Source: Myxococcales bacterium (GTDB lineage Bacteria > Myxococcota_A > UBA9042 > JABWCM01 > BTVJ01). From it: a stretch of DNA of 64,000 bases. Within the stretch, counting starts at the first letter, position 1; the number at the start of each line of letters is the position of its first letter. This document shows, one piece after another, positions 1-9,422 of this stretch. The DNA lies in NCBI GenBank assembly GCA_045863395.1, contig BTVJ01000002.1:128001-192000 (forward strand), in the 5' to 3' direction. The position numbers were made by a program, and so were the translations under genes. Below the pieces are notes generated by a model. It saw nothing but the letters and a program-made list of their open reading frames with translations. It did not search any database and was not told the origin of the DNA.

Positions 1-31
1 CGAAGGTCGGTTCCCGGGCTACCATGGGCCC

Positions 32-382
32 ATGGACGTCACTCCCTATCTGGAGAACCTCCGGCGCATGGACCGGGAGCTGCGGGCGGCGGAGGTCCGG
101 CGTGCCGAGGAGGCCCGCACCCGCCTGCCTGGCGTGGTCGAGGTGCTGGTGGCCCTCGGCGCGCGCCGCGTGATCCTGTTCGGATCACTGCGGACGGGTC
201 GCCTGCACGACCGCTCCGACATCGACGTGGCGGTGGACGGAGTCCCTGCGGACCGTTACTGGGAGGCGCTGTGGCGGTGCGCAGAAGTGGCGGGGCGGCA
301 CGTCGACCTGGTGCTGCTCTCGGAGGCGTCCGACTCCCTGCGCGAGCGCATCGCCGAGGATGGGGAGGTGCTTCATGGCTGA
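32..382 (+). CDS. Minimal nucleotidyltransferase (MNT/MntA-like antitoxin)
   Basis: 116 aa; GS-x10-DxD motif (FGSLRTGRLHDRSDIDVAV) plus VDLV; stop overlaps the start of the downstream HEPN gene. Confidence 0.9.
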   Translation: MDVTPYLENLRRMDRELRAAEVRRAEEARTRLPGVVEVLVALGARRVILFGSLRTGRLHDRSDIDVAVDGVPADRYWEALWRCAEVAGRHVDLVLLSEASDSLRERIAEDGEVLHG

Positions 383-902
383 CTCGCCCGTTCGGTCCCT
401 GTTGCTGCGACTGGCGAGCGAGCTGGCCAAGGAGCGTGCGGTCGCAGAGCGGATCTCTGACGAGGTCCTGGAGGACGCCTGCCGGATGGAGTCGTCGCCG
501 GACGATCCGGCCTTGGAGCGCGCCCACCTTGCCGTGGTCGCCGTGGGGCTCCACCGCTGGTACACGGCCGTCGAGGCCATCGTGGAGCGGGTCGAGCGAG
601 CGCTGGGGACGATGCCCACCGGCGCCGAGTGGCACAGCGAGCTGCTGGCCGGCGCGACCCTCGACATCACGGGTGTGCGTCCCGCGATCCTCCCGGAAGC
701 GTGCGCGGATCCCCTGCGGTCCCTACTGAAGTTTCGTCACTTCTTTCGGCATGCCTACGCAGTCCAGCTCGACGGCGCCAAGCTGCGCGGCCTGGTCGCC
801 GATCTGCGGGCCGTTGGCCAGCAAGTTCATGCGGCGCTCGCGGCCTTCGAGGCCTTCTTGCGCGCAGCGGCGGACGACCTGAACGAGCCTGACTCCGGGT
901 AG
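375..902 (+). CDS. HEPN-domain RNase toxin (HepT-like)
   Basis: R-x4-H-x-Y motif (RHFFRHAY); ATG at 375 overlaps the MNT stop (ATGGCTGA). Confidence 0.85.
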   Translation: MADSPVRSLLLRLASELAKERAVAERISDEVLEDACRMESSPDDPALERAHLAVVAVGLHRWYTAVEAIVERVERALGTMPTGAEWHSELLAGATLDITGVRPAILPEACADPLRSLLKFRHFFRHAYAVQLDGAKLRGLVADLRAVGQQVHAALAAFEAFLRAAADDLNEPDSG

Positions 903-979
903 TCTCGCGGTCTGGCTCGATCCCTCCGTCGAGATGTGGAGGGTTCGCTGCGATGGGCTGCGCGCCTGTGCCGGCGCCC

Positions 980-998
980 GAGGGGGCAGCGCCCCCTC
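980..998. terminator. GC hairpin between convergent genes (possible terminator)
   Basis: GAGGGGGC-AGC-GCCCCCTC, 8-bp stem; no U-tract. Confidence 0.35.
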
Positions 999-1001
999 CG
1001 G

Positions 1002-4000
1002 TCACATGACGTCGGGCCCCACGTTCTCGATGAAGCAGTCCTTGGGGGCCCCGAACGTCAGCGGGTAGAGGAAGCCGCTCGGCTGGTACTTGGCGGGCAG
1101 CGGGGCGCCGTTGAGGTTCAGGTCCATGCCCTCCTTGTCCCAGGCGTCCCAGACCTCCTGGTTCTTCTTGGCGCGGGCGTCCATCAGAGAGATGAGCTGC
1201 GATGGGGGCGTGCCTGCCGGGTAATCAGGCCCCACGATGTTGGAGAGCACCGCGTCGCGGGCCTTGCTGACGGTCGCCGGGTCGTAGGCCACGACCGCCA
1301 GCTCCCCTTCGTAGAGGAGGCCGCGGTTGTTGGAGTTGCAGGAGCCCACCTCCATCCACACGTCGTCGATGAGCACCATCTTGGAGTGGAGGTCGTGGGG
1401 CACGAAGTGGGCGTCCACCTCGTCGATGCAGAACGTGCAGCCGGTGTCCACCGCGTCGAAGCTCTGGGTCTGGTAGGTGCGGTAGCGCGTGGGGAAGGCC
1501 TTGGCGAGCTTCTCGTTGAGCAGGTAGGTCTGCCAGCAGCCCGGGTCCGCCCACTCGTTCATGGGGTTGGTCACGACGATGAGCACCAGCGCCGGCACCT
1601 GGTTCATGCGCTCGGTGACCTTGTCCATGAGCAGCGGGGCGCGGAAGTACTGGTCCTCGATGAAGATGTACTTCTCGGCGCGGGAGACGGCGCGCAGCAG
1701 CGCCTCCAAGATGGCGTTCTCCGAGAACGGGGCGGGCATGGTCGCCACAACCTGGGCCTGCACGCCGTCGGCTTTCGGAGGGGCCGGCTTGCCCGCAGCG
1801 AACGGGGTCGCCAGGTCTGCGTACAAGGCGCCCGCTGCGATCTGGGCGAGCCAGCGCTCCCGGAACACGTCCTCCACGTCCACGGCGGCGGGCCCCTCCA
1901 GGCGCATCATGTAGTCCTTGCGGGGACCGAAGTCCGGCGTCTTCTTCTTGGCCTTGACTTTCTGGCGGTCGGCCGTCGACGCCTTGAACTGCATGCGCAG
2001 CTCGTTGAACACCGTGTGGTCGGAGCCATCCCAGTCCGTGGTCTTGAAGTTCATGCCACCGACGAAGGCGACCTCCGCGTCGATGGACATGAACTTCTGG
2101 TGCCAGCTCGCGATGGGCACGTCGAGCCAGCCCACCCCGAGCGGGAGGGCGGTCGTGTCGACCGCGATGGGGCCCGAGAAGGCAGGGTAGGGGGCGCTCG
2201 CGACCTGAGTCGCCCCGCTCACGGCCTTCAGCCGTGCCCCGAAGTCCGCGGCCTTCGGGGTCACCACGAACTTGCCGTGCACGTCGTTGGCCATGCCCAG
2301 ATACTCGAAGTCGTCCCCCGGTGCCTTGGCTTTGGCGAGCAGCTCGTCGTCCACGGTCAGGTTGCTGAGCAGCCCGTCCTGGCTGTAGAACTGGTTGACC
2401 ATCACGCGCCGGTCGATCCCCTGCAGTGCCTCCAGCTTCCCCATGATGGTGTTCTTCCAGCGGTCGCTCGCCGAGAGGAACATGTGGGTCGCCGGGTCGC
2501 GCAGCACCTCCAGCTCGCTCGTCCACCACCAGCTCGACGCCATGACGCGCTCCGCGGCGAGGCTGAGGTCTGCGGTGACCGTCGCCCACGCCTGAAGGCC
2601 GTCCCGCAGCAGCGTCACGCGGGTGCCGGGACGGGCGGGACGCCCCGCCGGCGCAAACCAGTGGTGGGCGAGGCCCGTGTGGACCGTGTAGAACCGGACC
2701 TGCTTGGCCCCCACCGTGCGGAGGTCCGTGGTCAGCGCCCAGGCCGCCTTGGGGGCGCCCGGGGCCGGCTTGAAGGTCATGGCGGAGGTCGTCGCAGACC
2801 CGTCATAGGCCAATGTGCCCGTGAGCGGGTCGTGGAGCGCCGCGGAGACAGTGACGCTCAGCGACGACTTGCCGCACAGGGGGATGGTCCAGACGGCGCC
2901 CGCCAGAGGCGAGACAGCGGTGCCGGCCGTGACCTCCACCTTCCCGGCCACGGGCTGGGCCCAGACGTCGCGGGGCACGACCTCCAGCATGGCGGTCTGG
3001 GGGCCGCAGGTGCCGGACGCCCATGCGCAGTCGCAGCCGCCGTCGCAGACCGCGCCGCAGGTCTTCGCCGCGGTGGCGCACAGGTCGTCCCACTGGGTGT
3101 CGCAGCAGAAGGCGTCGCCGGCACAGACGCAGGACTGAATCACGGCATCGGCGCAGCCCGGGCCGGGTCCAGGCAGACAGCAGTCTCCGCCGCAGGGCCC
3201 GCAGTCCGCAGGGCAGGTGCCGCAGGTCTCCGTCGGGCCGCAGATCCCGTCGCCGCAGCCTTGCGGGGCCTCGCAGGAAGCCCCGCACGTGTCCTTGGCG
3301 CCTATCACACAGAGATTGTCCCACGCGGTGGCGCAGCAGAAGGGGTCGGCCTCGCAGACGCAGGACTGGATCCCCGCGCTCCCGCACCCAGGGGTGGTGC
3401 GCGCCGTGCAGCAGTCTCCCGGGTCGCAGACGCCGCAGTCCGCCGGGCAGTCGTCGCAGCCCTCGCCCGCGCCGCACGTGCCGTCGCCGCACTGGTCGAC
3501 GACCGCGCAGCCAGCGCCGCAGTCCGTCCCTGCTTCCTGCACGCAGAGCGCGTCCCAGGCGGTTGCGCAGCAGTATGAGTCCACCGCGCAGACGCAGTTG
3601 GTGATCTCGGTCGACTCGCAGGCGGGCGTGCCCTTCGCGGCGCAGCAGTCTCCGGTGCCGGGGCAAGCGCCGCAGTCGCCGGGGCAGGTCTCACACGTCT
3701 CGCCGGTGTCGCAGGTGCCATCGCCACAGTCCGCGCCTCCCCCGCCTCCCCCGCCTCCACCGCCTCCGCACCCGGCCTTGCAGAGAATGGTGGCGGCCTC
3801 GATGCACTTGCCGGTCCACTCCTCCTGGCAGCAGACGGGCACCTGGGCGCACACACAGGCCGCGATGCCCTCGTCCTTGCAGCCCGGCGCCTGACTCGTC
3901 TCACAGCACGAGTTCTCGGGGGGAGGCAGGGCGTCCTCGGGGGCCTCGCCCGCGTCCGTGGGCGCGTCCGCGCTCGTGTCCCAGGCCGCGTCGTGCGTCG

Positions 4001-4217
4001 CCAGGTCAGGTGCGGTCGAGGCGTCCGCGGCCGTGTCGGGGCCGTTCGTCCCGCCGTCGTCTCCGCCGCCCGTGATGCTGTCCGCCGCCCCCGGCGCGTC
4101 GTCAGCGACGGCCACGTCGAGTCCCGCGTCCGTCCCTGGCGCGAAGGACGCCGTCGGGCTCTCCTCTCCGCCGCAGCCCAGCAAGACCACCAGCACCAGA
4201 ACCCGGACTCGACCCAT
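1002..4217 (-). CDS. Phospholipase D-family lipoprotein with Cys-rich N-terminal repeats
   Basis: Lipobox LLGC; GGAGG before ATG 4217; two HKD motifs (HQKFMSID..GGMN and HSKMVLID..GSCN); YIFIEDQYF. Confidence 0.88.
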   Translation of the reverse strand: MGRVRVLVLVVLLGCGGEESPTASFAPGTDAGLDVAVADDAPGAADSITGGGDDGGTNGPDTAADASTAPDLATHDAAWDTSADAPTDAGEAPEDALPPPENSCCETSQAPGCKDEGIAACVCAQVPVCCQEEWTGKCIEAATILCKAGCGGGGGGGGGGGADCGDGTCDTGETCETCPGDCGACPGTGDCCAAKGTPACESTEITNCVCAVDSYCCATAWDALCVQEAGTDCGAGCAVVDQCGDGTCGAGEGCDDCPADCGVCDPGDCCTARTTPGCGSAGIQSCVCEADPFCCATAWDNLCVIGAKDTCGASCEAPQGCGDGICGPTETCGTCPADCGPCGGDCCLPGPGPGCADAVIQSCVCAGDAFCCDTQWDDLCATAAKTCGAVCDGGCDCAWASGTCGPQTAMLEVVPRDVWAQPVAGKVEVTAGTAVSPLAGAVWTIPLCGKSSLSVTVSAALHDPLTGTLAYDGSATTSAMTFKPAPGAPKAAWALTTDLRTVGAKQVRFYTVHTGLAHHWFAPAGRPARPGTRVTLLRDGLQAWATVTADLSLAAERVMASSWWWTSELEVLRDPATHMFLSASDRWKNTIMGKLEALQGIDRRVMVNQFYSQDGLLSNLTVDDELLAKAKAPGDDFEYLGMANDVHGKFVVTPKAADFGARLKAVSGATQVASAPYPAFSGPIAVDTTALPLGVGWLDVPIASWHQKFMSIDAEVAFVGGMNFKTTDWDGSDHTVFNELRMQFKASTADRQKVKAKKKTPDFGPRKDYMMRLEGPAAVDVEDVFRERWLAQIAAGALYADLATPFAAGKPAPPKADGVQAQVVATMPAPFSENAILEALLRAVSRAEKYIFIEDQYFRAPLLMDKVTERMNQVPALVLIVVTNPMNEWADPGCWQTYLLNEKLAKAFPTRYRTYQTQSFDAVDTGCTFCIDEVDAHFVPHDLHSKMVLIDDVWMEVGSCNSNNRGLLYEGELAVVAYDPATVSKARDAVLSNIVGPDYPAGTPPSQLISLMDARAKKNQEVWDAWDKEGMDLNLNGAPLPAKYQPSGFLYPLTFGAPKDCFIENVGPDVM

Positions 4218-4290
4218 GAGACCCTCCACGTCTGCCACGATCCGCGGGCTCCATCATGGCGTATCAGCACCGCTGGCGCCACCCCGCCGG

Positions 4291-6489
4291 TCAGCGCTCC
4301 GGCCGGTCTGCCGCCTCGACTCCAGCACGCAGCCACTCCACGACCGCCGACCACACCCGCACGGTCGCGTCCGGCTTCGCGACCATGTGGGTCTCCCCGG
4401 CCAGCGGAAGGAAGCCGTGGGAGATGCCCGCGTCGAACAGCGCCCGCGACAGGACCAGGGAGTGGACCAACAGCACGTTGTCGTCGGCCGTCCCGTGGAT
4501 GAGCAGCAGGGGGCGCTGGAGCCGCGTGGCCTCGCTCAAGGGGCTGCTGCGGTCGTAGGCGGCTGCGTCCTCCGTGGGGAGGCCCAGGTAGCGCTCCGTG
4601 TAGTGGGTGTCGTAGTGGCGCCAGTCGGTGACCGGCGCCCCCGCGACCGCCGCCTTGAACAGGCCCGGCTCGCGCAGCACGGCGAGGGCGGCCATGGTCC
4701 CGCCGAAGGACCAGCCGAAGACTCCGACCCGACTCAGATCCATCTCCGGCACCCGCGCGGCGACGGCGCGCAGCCCCGCCACCTGGTCCTCCAGCGCCGG
4801 GCCCGCCAGGTCGCCGCGGATCGCCCGCTCCCAGTCGCGGCCACGCCACGGCGTGCCCCGGCCGTCGATGCTCACCACGATGAAGCCCTGCTCCGCGAAC
4901 CACTGGGGGAGCACGTAGCGACCGCGGGCGGCCGTCGCGAGGCGGGCGTGGGGGCCGCCGTACACGTAGAGGATCACCGGGGTCGGCTGCCCCGCCGCGA
5001 GCGCGGTCGGGCGCACCACCGCGGCCCGCAGCTCCCGGTCACCGACCCGCATCAGCTCCACCCGCGGCGTCACCACCGGCTCCTCGGCAACGGACCGCAG
5101 CGGCGCGAGGGCCCTCTCGCCCTCCATCAGCGTGAAGGCGGGAGGCGCGTCGAGGGTCTCGGCCCCATGCACCCAGCGCCCCGACCTCCGGTCGCCGCCG
5201 AGCGCCTGGTGCTCGCCCGGCGCCGTCGTCAGGCGGGTCGGCGCGGAGCCGTCGAGCGGCACGCGCCAGACGTGGGTCTCCGACGGCTCGGGGCCGCCGT
5301 GGACGAGGACCGCGCCGTCTCCGACCACCTCGACGCTGCGGTAGCCCACCTCGGGCCCCCCGAGCGTTCGCGCGCCGTCCGGCGCGAGCAGCTCCAGCGT
5401 TCGCGCGCCGCTCCGCTCCGAGGACCAGAGGATGCCGCCCGGGACGCGGCGCGGCACGCTCCGGTCGAGCTCCACCCACGCCGGGTCGGTCTCCACCTTC
5501 AGCGTGCGCGTGGCGCCGTCCTCGCCGACCTCCAGCAACGCCAGCTCCTGCTGGGACCGGGTCTGGACCACGAGCAGGGGCGCCCCGGCTCCCCAGTGCA
5601 CGGCGGCGAGGTACGGGTAGCGCGCGCGGTCCCAGGCAACCCAGGTGGTCTCACCTCCAGAGGCGGCGACGATCCCCAGCGTCACGTCCGCGTTGTCCTC
5701 TCCCGCCCGCGGATAGGGCCACACGTCGGGCGCCTTCTCCGGGTGCGATGGGTCGGCGATGTGGATGCGCCCCACCCGCGCCGTGTCCGTGCGCTGGAAG
5801 AGCAGGCGGGTGGAGTCCGGGGACCACCAGGTGCCGTCCATGCGCCCCATCTCCTCCTGGGCGACGAACTCGGCGAGCCCGTTGGTGATCTCTCCGCCTC
5901 CGTCGGTCGTCAGGCGCCGCGCCTCGCCGTCGAGCGGGGCCACCCACAGGTCGCCGGCGCGCGTGAACGCGACGTGGCTCCCATCCGGCGACAGGCGTGG
6001 CGCGATACCCCCCTCTGCGGCCTTCATCTCACGGCCCTTGCCGGCGCGGTCCACGTTGAACAAGCGCCCGGAGAGCGGCACCAGCAGCACTCGCCCGTCC
6101 TCGGACAGGCTGAAGGACGTGATCCCCCGCTCGGCCAGGCGCATCCGCTCGCGGCGGGCCTTCTCCTCGGCGGACAGCTCCCCCTCCGCTCCGCCGAGCA
6201 GACCCTCGGCGGTCAGCAGCTCCCGCTCGCCGGTGGCCGGATCCAGCTCCCACAGGGAGCGCGTGAAGCTCCGCGGGCCGGACCGCAGGAAGAGCACCGT
6301 CCCCTCGGGCGTGACCACCGGCGCGGCGGGCTGCCCATTTCGGAAGCGCCACGTCTCGGCGTACTGGCGCAGCAGGTCCGTACGCTCCGTTCTTGGCGTC
6401 ACAGGCTCACCTCGTCTGGCCAGGGTCTTGGCGTCGGCCCCAGCGCAGAGCAGGAGGGCCACCATCGGTACGATCCATCTCTGTTTCAT
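4291..6489 (-). CDS. Secreted dipeptidyl peptidase IV-like S9 serine peptidase
   Basis: Signal peptide MKQRWIVPMVALLLCAGADA; EFVAQEEM; GWSFGG nucleophile motif; HGTADDNV; terminal catalytic His (ETHM). Confidence 0.92.
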   Translation of the reverse strand: MKQRWIVPMVALLLCAGADAKTLARRGEPVTPRTERTDLLRQYAETWRFRNGQPAAPVVTPEGTVLFLRSGPRSFTRSLWELDPATGERELLTAEGLLGGAEGELSAEEKARRERMRLAERGITSFSLSEDGRVLLVPLSGRLFNVDRAGKGREMKAAEGGIAPRLSPDGSHVAFTRAGDLWVAPLDGEARRLTTDGGGEITNGLAEFVAQEEMGRMDGTWWSPDSTRLLFQRTDTARVGRIHIADPSHPEKAPDVWPYPRAGEDNADVTLGIVAASGGETTWVAWDRARYPYLAAVHWGAGAPLLVVQTRSQQELALLEVGEDGATRTLKVETDPAWVELDRSVPRRVPGGILWSSERSGARTLELLAPDGARTLGGPEVGYRSVEVVGDGAVLVHGGPEPSETHVWRVPLDGSAPTRLTTAPGEHQALGGDRRSGRWVHGAETLDAPPAFTLMEGERALAPLRSVAEEPVVTPRVELMRVGDRELRAAVVRPTALAAGQPTPVILYVYGGPHARLATAARGRYVLPQWFAEQGFIVVSIDGRGTPWRGRDWERAIRGDLAGPALEDQVAGLRAVAARVPEMDLSRVGVFGWSFGGTMAALAVLREPGLFKAAVAGAPVTDWRHYDTHYTERYLGLPTEDAAAYDRSSPLSEATRLQRPLLLIHGTADDNVLLVHSLVLSRALFDAGISHGFLPLAGETHMVAKPDATVRVWSAVVEWLRAGVEAADRPER

Positions 6490-6534
6490 GCGGTGGTTGT
6501 AGCCTGAATCGCCCCCGGGGTACAGTCCCGGACC

Positions 6535-7434
6535 ATGAAGCACGCCCCCTTGGAGGTGACCCTCCGCCAGCTCCAGTACGTGGTGACCGTCGCGGACGCC
6601 AGGAGCTTCCGCCGCGCCGCCGCGCTCTGCGGTGTCTCCCAGCCATCTCTCAGCGCCCAGGTGGCCGAGGTGGAGGCAGCTCTGGGAGTGCAGCTCTTCG
6701 AGCGGGACCCGCGGAGTGTGCTGGTGACGGCGGCCGGTGAGGAGCTGGTGCAGCGCGCGCGGGCGGTCCTCATGGGCGCCGAGGATCTGGTCGAGGCGGC
6801 GCGCAGGTCCAATCCCCTCGCGGGCACCTTGCGCCTCGGCGTCATCCCCACCATCGGGCCCTACCTGCTGCCCGATCTGGATCCCGCCCTGCGCCGCACC
6901 TTCCCCGGCCTGACCCTCCGGTGGACGGAGGACAAGACCCACGTGCTCGTCGACGCCATCGGGCGGGGGGAGCTGGACGCCGCGGTCCTGGCGCTGGAGG
7001 CCGAGCTGGGCGATCTGACCCACGAGGTCATCGCCCGGGACCCCTTCGTGCTCGCCACCCCGCCGGGCCATCCCCTGTGCGCGGGGCCGGTGTGCGGCCG
7101 CGATCTTCGGGGTGAGACGGTGTTGCTGCTCGACGACGGCCACTGCTTCCGGGAGCAGGCGCTCTCCCTCTGCGCGTCGGCCGGCGCCAGGGAGCTGGGC
7201 TTCCGCGCCACCAGCCTCGCGACGCTTGCGCAGATGGTGGCCGGCGGCGCGGGGGTGACGCTGCTGCCGCGCATGGCGGTGGAGGTGGAGAACCGCCGCG
7301 GGCGCCTCGCGATCACCCCGCTGACCGATGCTCCGGGTCGGACCGTGGTCCTCGCCTGGCGGCCGCGGTCTGCGTTGGGTGCGGCGCTGGCCCGGGTGGC
7401 GGCGGCTGCGCGGGAGGAGCTCGGTTCCCGCTGA
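6535..7434 (+). CDS. oxyR: LysR-family peroxide sensor OxyR
   Basis: LysR HTH (SFRRAAALCGVSQPSLS); GHCFREQALSLC carries both OxyR cysteines at the canonical spacing; RATSLATLAQMV. Confidence 0.85.
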   Translation: MKHAPLEVTLRQLQYVVTVADARSFRRAAALCGVSQPSLSAQVAEVEAALGVQLFERDPRSVLVTAAGEELVQRARAVLMGAEDLVEAARRSNPLAGTLRLGVIPTIGPYLLPDLDPALRRTFPGLTLRWTEDKTHVLVDAIGRGELDAAVLALEAELGDLTHEVIARDPFVLATPPGHPLCAGPVCGRDLRGETVLLLDDGHCFREQALSLCASAGARELGFRATSLATLAQMVAGGAGVTLLPRMAVEVENRRGRLAITPLTDAPGRTVVLAWRPRSALGAALARVAAAAREELGSR

Positions 7435-7485
7435 GGGTGGGGGAGGGCGGGCGAGAGAGAGCGAGCGTTGGGGCTGCCCCAGGCG

Positions 7486-8289
7486 TCACGCGTCGGGATC
7501 GACCCCCAGCTCCCGCAGCCGCTGGGCGAGGCGCTCGGCGCGCGCTGACTCCTGCTCGGCGCGGGCGGCCTCCTGCACGGCGCGCGCGGCCTCCTGCTCG
7601 GCGCGGGCGGCCTCCTGCTCGGCGCGGGCGGCCTCCTGCTCGGCGCGCGCCCGCTCGACGGCGAGGCGCGGCCTCTGCTTGCCTCGGTACCAGATGTCGA
7701 GCTTGTCCCCCTCGGTCCACTGGTCCCGGGGGAGGACGCGCAGCTCCAGCTCAGGGATCGACCGAGACACCACCCGGCCGCCCGGAGCGAGCTCGTGGCG
7801 CTCATACTGCTCGCCCTCCAGCCGGAACCAGGTGACGGAGCGCGCGTCAGCGAGGTCGGGGAAGATCAGGCCGAACTCCGGGACCCTGTTGAACTCGTTG
7901 AGATATCTCTGGAAGTGGATGTCCTTGGACTCCTTCCGCGAGTCGTTCGTCGACACCACCTCGATTACGAGGAGCAGATCGTTGGCCGTGACCCGGTCGA
8001 TGTCCCCAGGGCGCACAAAGACACAATCTCCGTAGTAGGCGCGCTGCTCCAACGTCTCCGGGTGGATGTACCAGATCGGGTGGTCGCTGATGACCCGGAG
8101 CCCGGCCTCGGTCCCAATGGCCCGCAGGATGGGCATGGTCTCGGTCACGAGGAGCTCGTGGGGATAGCTCTGCGGCACTTGGAGAGCCTCGTCGAAGTAG
8201 GGAATCCCGTCATAGGCCGTGTGAATCCACGGCTCGATGATCAGGCGATCCGAAGGGGGGGAGCTGCGCCATGTCGAGGGTCGAGACAT
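7486..8289 (-). CDS. Uma2/DUF820-like PD-(D/E)xK nuclease-fold protein with C-terminal coiled-coil repeats
   Basis: QSYPHE, YYGDCVFV, LLVIEVVS motifs; (AEQEAAR)n tail ending RLAQRLRELGVDPD, typical of this family. Confidence 0.7.
   Translation of the reverse strand: MSRPSTWRSSPPSDRLIIEPWIHTAYDGIPYFDEALQVPQSYPHELLVTETMPILRAIGTEAGLRVISDHPIWYIHPETLEQRAYYGDCVFVRPGDIDRVTANDLLLVIEVVSTNDSRKESKDIHFQRYLNEFNRVPEFGLIFPDLADARSVTWFRLEGEQYERHELAPGGRVVSRSIPELELRVLPRDQWTEGDKLDIWYRGKQRPRLAVERARAEQEAARAEQEAARAEQEAARAVQEAARAEQESARAERLAQRLRELGVDPDA
7533..7650. repeat. 21-bp tandem repeat, about 5 copies, encoding AEQEAAR
   Basis: Unit CTCCTGCTCGGCGCGGGCGGC at 7549, 7570, 7591, 7612 and 7633 (partial), with few substitutions. 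Confidence 0.92.
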
Positions 8290-8446
8290 GCCTGCGAGTG
8301 TATACCGCCGCCTGCGGGCCTTCAAGCTGCGGCCTCGCCAGGCGCGAAGCCAACGGGGGCCCGGTCCGGCGTCAGCTCCGGCAGGCGGTTCTGCGGCCCG
8401 GACGGGTTGCCGCGCGGGAAGCGGGCATTGCGCCCCTGAACGTGCG

Positions 8447-9334
8447 TCAGGACAGGTACCGCACCCCGGTCAGCTTCTCTGCGGTCTCCCACAAAGCGCG
8501 GGCCACCTCGGCGTCCTGGGCCCGTCGCGCAATGTGGGCCGGCGCCGGGTAGCCGATGAGCTCGTAGGGCCCCCGCGGCCCGAAGTAGGCACCGCCCGCC
8601 ACGTCGGGTGCCGTCGCCGCATACAGGGTCGGCAGGGCCCCCTTGGGGGCGCTCATCGCAGCGATGGTCGTGAACACATCGAGCAGCTTGTTGTGGCGCT
8701 GCAGGTCGGTCTTGGTGCCGCCCGGGTGGGCCGCCACGGAGATCACCCCTGCGCCGCTCGCCTCCAGGCGACGCTGCAGCTCCAACGTGAACACCAGACA
8801 GGCGAGCTTGCTCTGGCAGTACTCCCGCCACCCCTTGTACGGGCGCTCTCCGTGGAAGGACCCGAGGTCGATGCGCCCCTGGCGGTGGGCGAGGCTGCTG
8901 ACCGTCACGACGCGAGCGCCGGGTGTCTCCAGGAGTCGCGACAACAGGAGCCCCGTCAGCGCGTGGTGCCCCAGGTAGTTGACGCCGATCTGGAGCTCGA
9001 AGCCGTCCTCGGTCTTGGAGGCCGGGGGGATCATCACCCCGGCGTTGTTGATCAGCAGGTGCAACGCCGCCCCGGACTCCAGGAAGGCTTGTGCGAAGGC
9101 CCGGACGGACGCCAGGCTCGCCAGGTCGAGGAGCGCCAGCTCCACCTCCGCACCCTCGCCCCGGATGCGCGCGACCGCCGCCTCTCCGCGCTCGCGGCTC
9201 CGGCACGCGAGGATGACCCGCGCGCCTCGGTGGGCCAGCGCGCGGGCGGTCTCGTACCCGATGCCCGCGTTGGCGCCGGTGACTATGGCCGTGCGGCCGG
9301 TCTGGTCGGGGATCTGGTCGGCGGTCCACTTCAT
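8447..9334 (-). CDS. Short-chain dehydrogenase/reductase (retinol dehydrogenase-like)
   Basis: TGANAGIG, NNAG, YCQSK; typical start MKWTADQIPDQTGR. Confidence 0.92.
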   Translation of the reverse strand: MKWTADQIPDQTGRTAIVTGANAGIGYETARALAHRGARVILACRSRERGEAAVARIRGEGAEVELALLDLASLASVRAFAQAFLESGAALHLLINNAGVMIPPASKTEDGFELQIGVNYLGHHALTGLLLSRLLETPGARVVTVSSLAHRQGRIDLGSFHGERPYKGWREYCQSKLACLVFTLELQRRLEASGAGVISVAAHPGGTKTDLQRHNKLLDVFTTIAAMSAPKGALPTLYAATAPDVAGGAYFGPRGPYELIGYPAPAHIARRAQDAEVARALWETAEKLTGVRYLS

Positions 9335-9422
9335 GACGGCTCCGGGTGTCAGGGGAGGCCGGAGTCTCGCCCATCGCAGGCCACGCCGCAAGCCCCACTG
9401 CGGTTTGGCCAAGCCAGGGTCC

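Noticed and set aside
936..3578. 880-aa plus-strand ORF and many similar long antisense ORFs (e.g. 3958-6507, 20619-23339, 27517-29889, 37843-40176, 54072-56366, 57564-59723)
   Set aside because: Shadow frames of real genes, expected at this GC content; no recognisable motifs.
3733..3768. 9-bp repeat run as a phase-variation tract
   Set aside because: Unit length is a multiple of three and encodes a poly-Gly linker, so slippage would not shift the frame.
1002..4217. PLD as part of an anti-phage defence island with the MNT-HEPN pair
   Set aside because: It is a convergently oriented lipoprotein with two HKD motifs, unlike cytoplasmic PLD nucleases; no other defence genes are adjacent.
7533..7650. 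Possible CRISPR array
   Set aside because: The repeats are contiguous with no spacers and lie in frame within a CDS; no cas genes are present.
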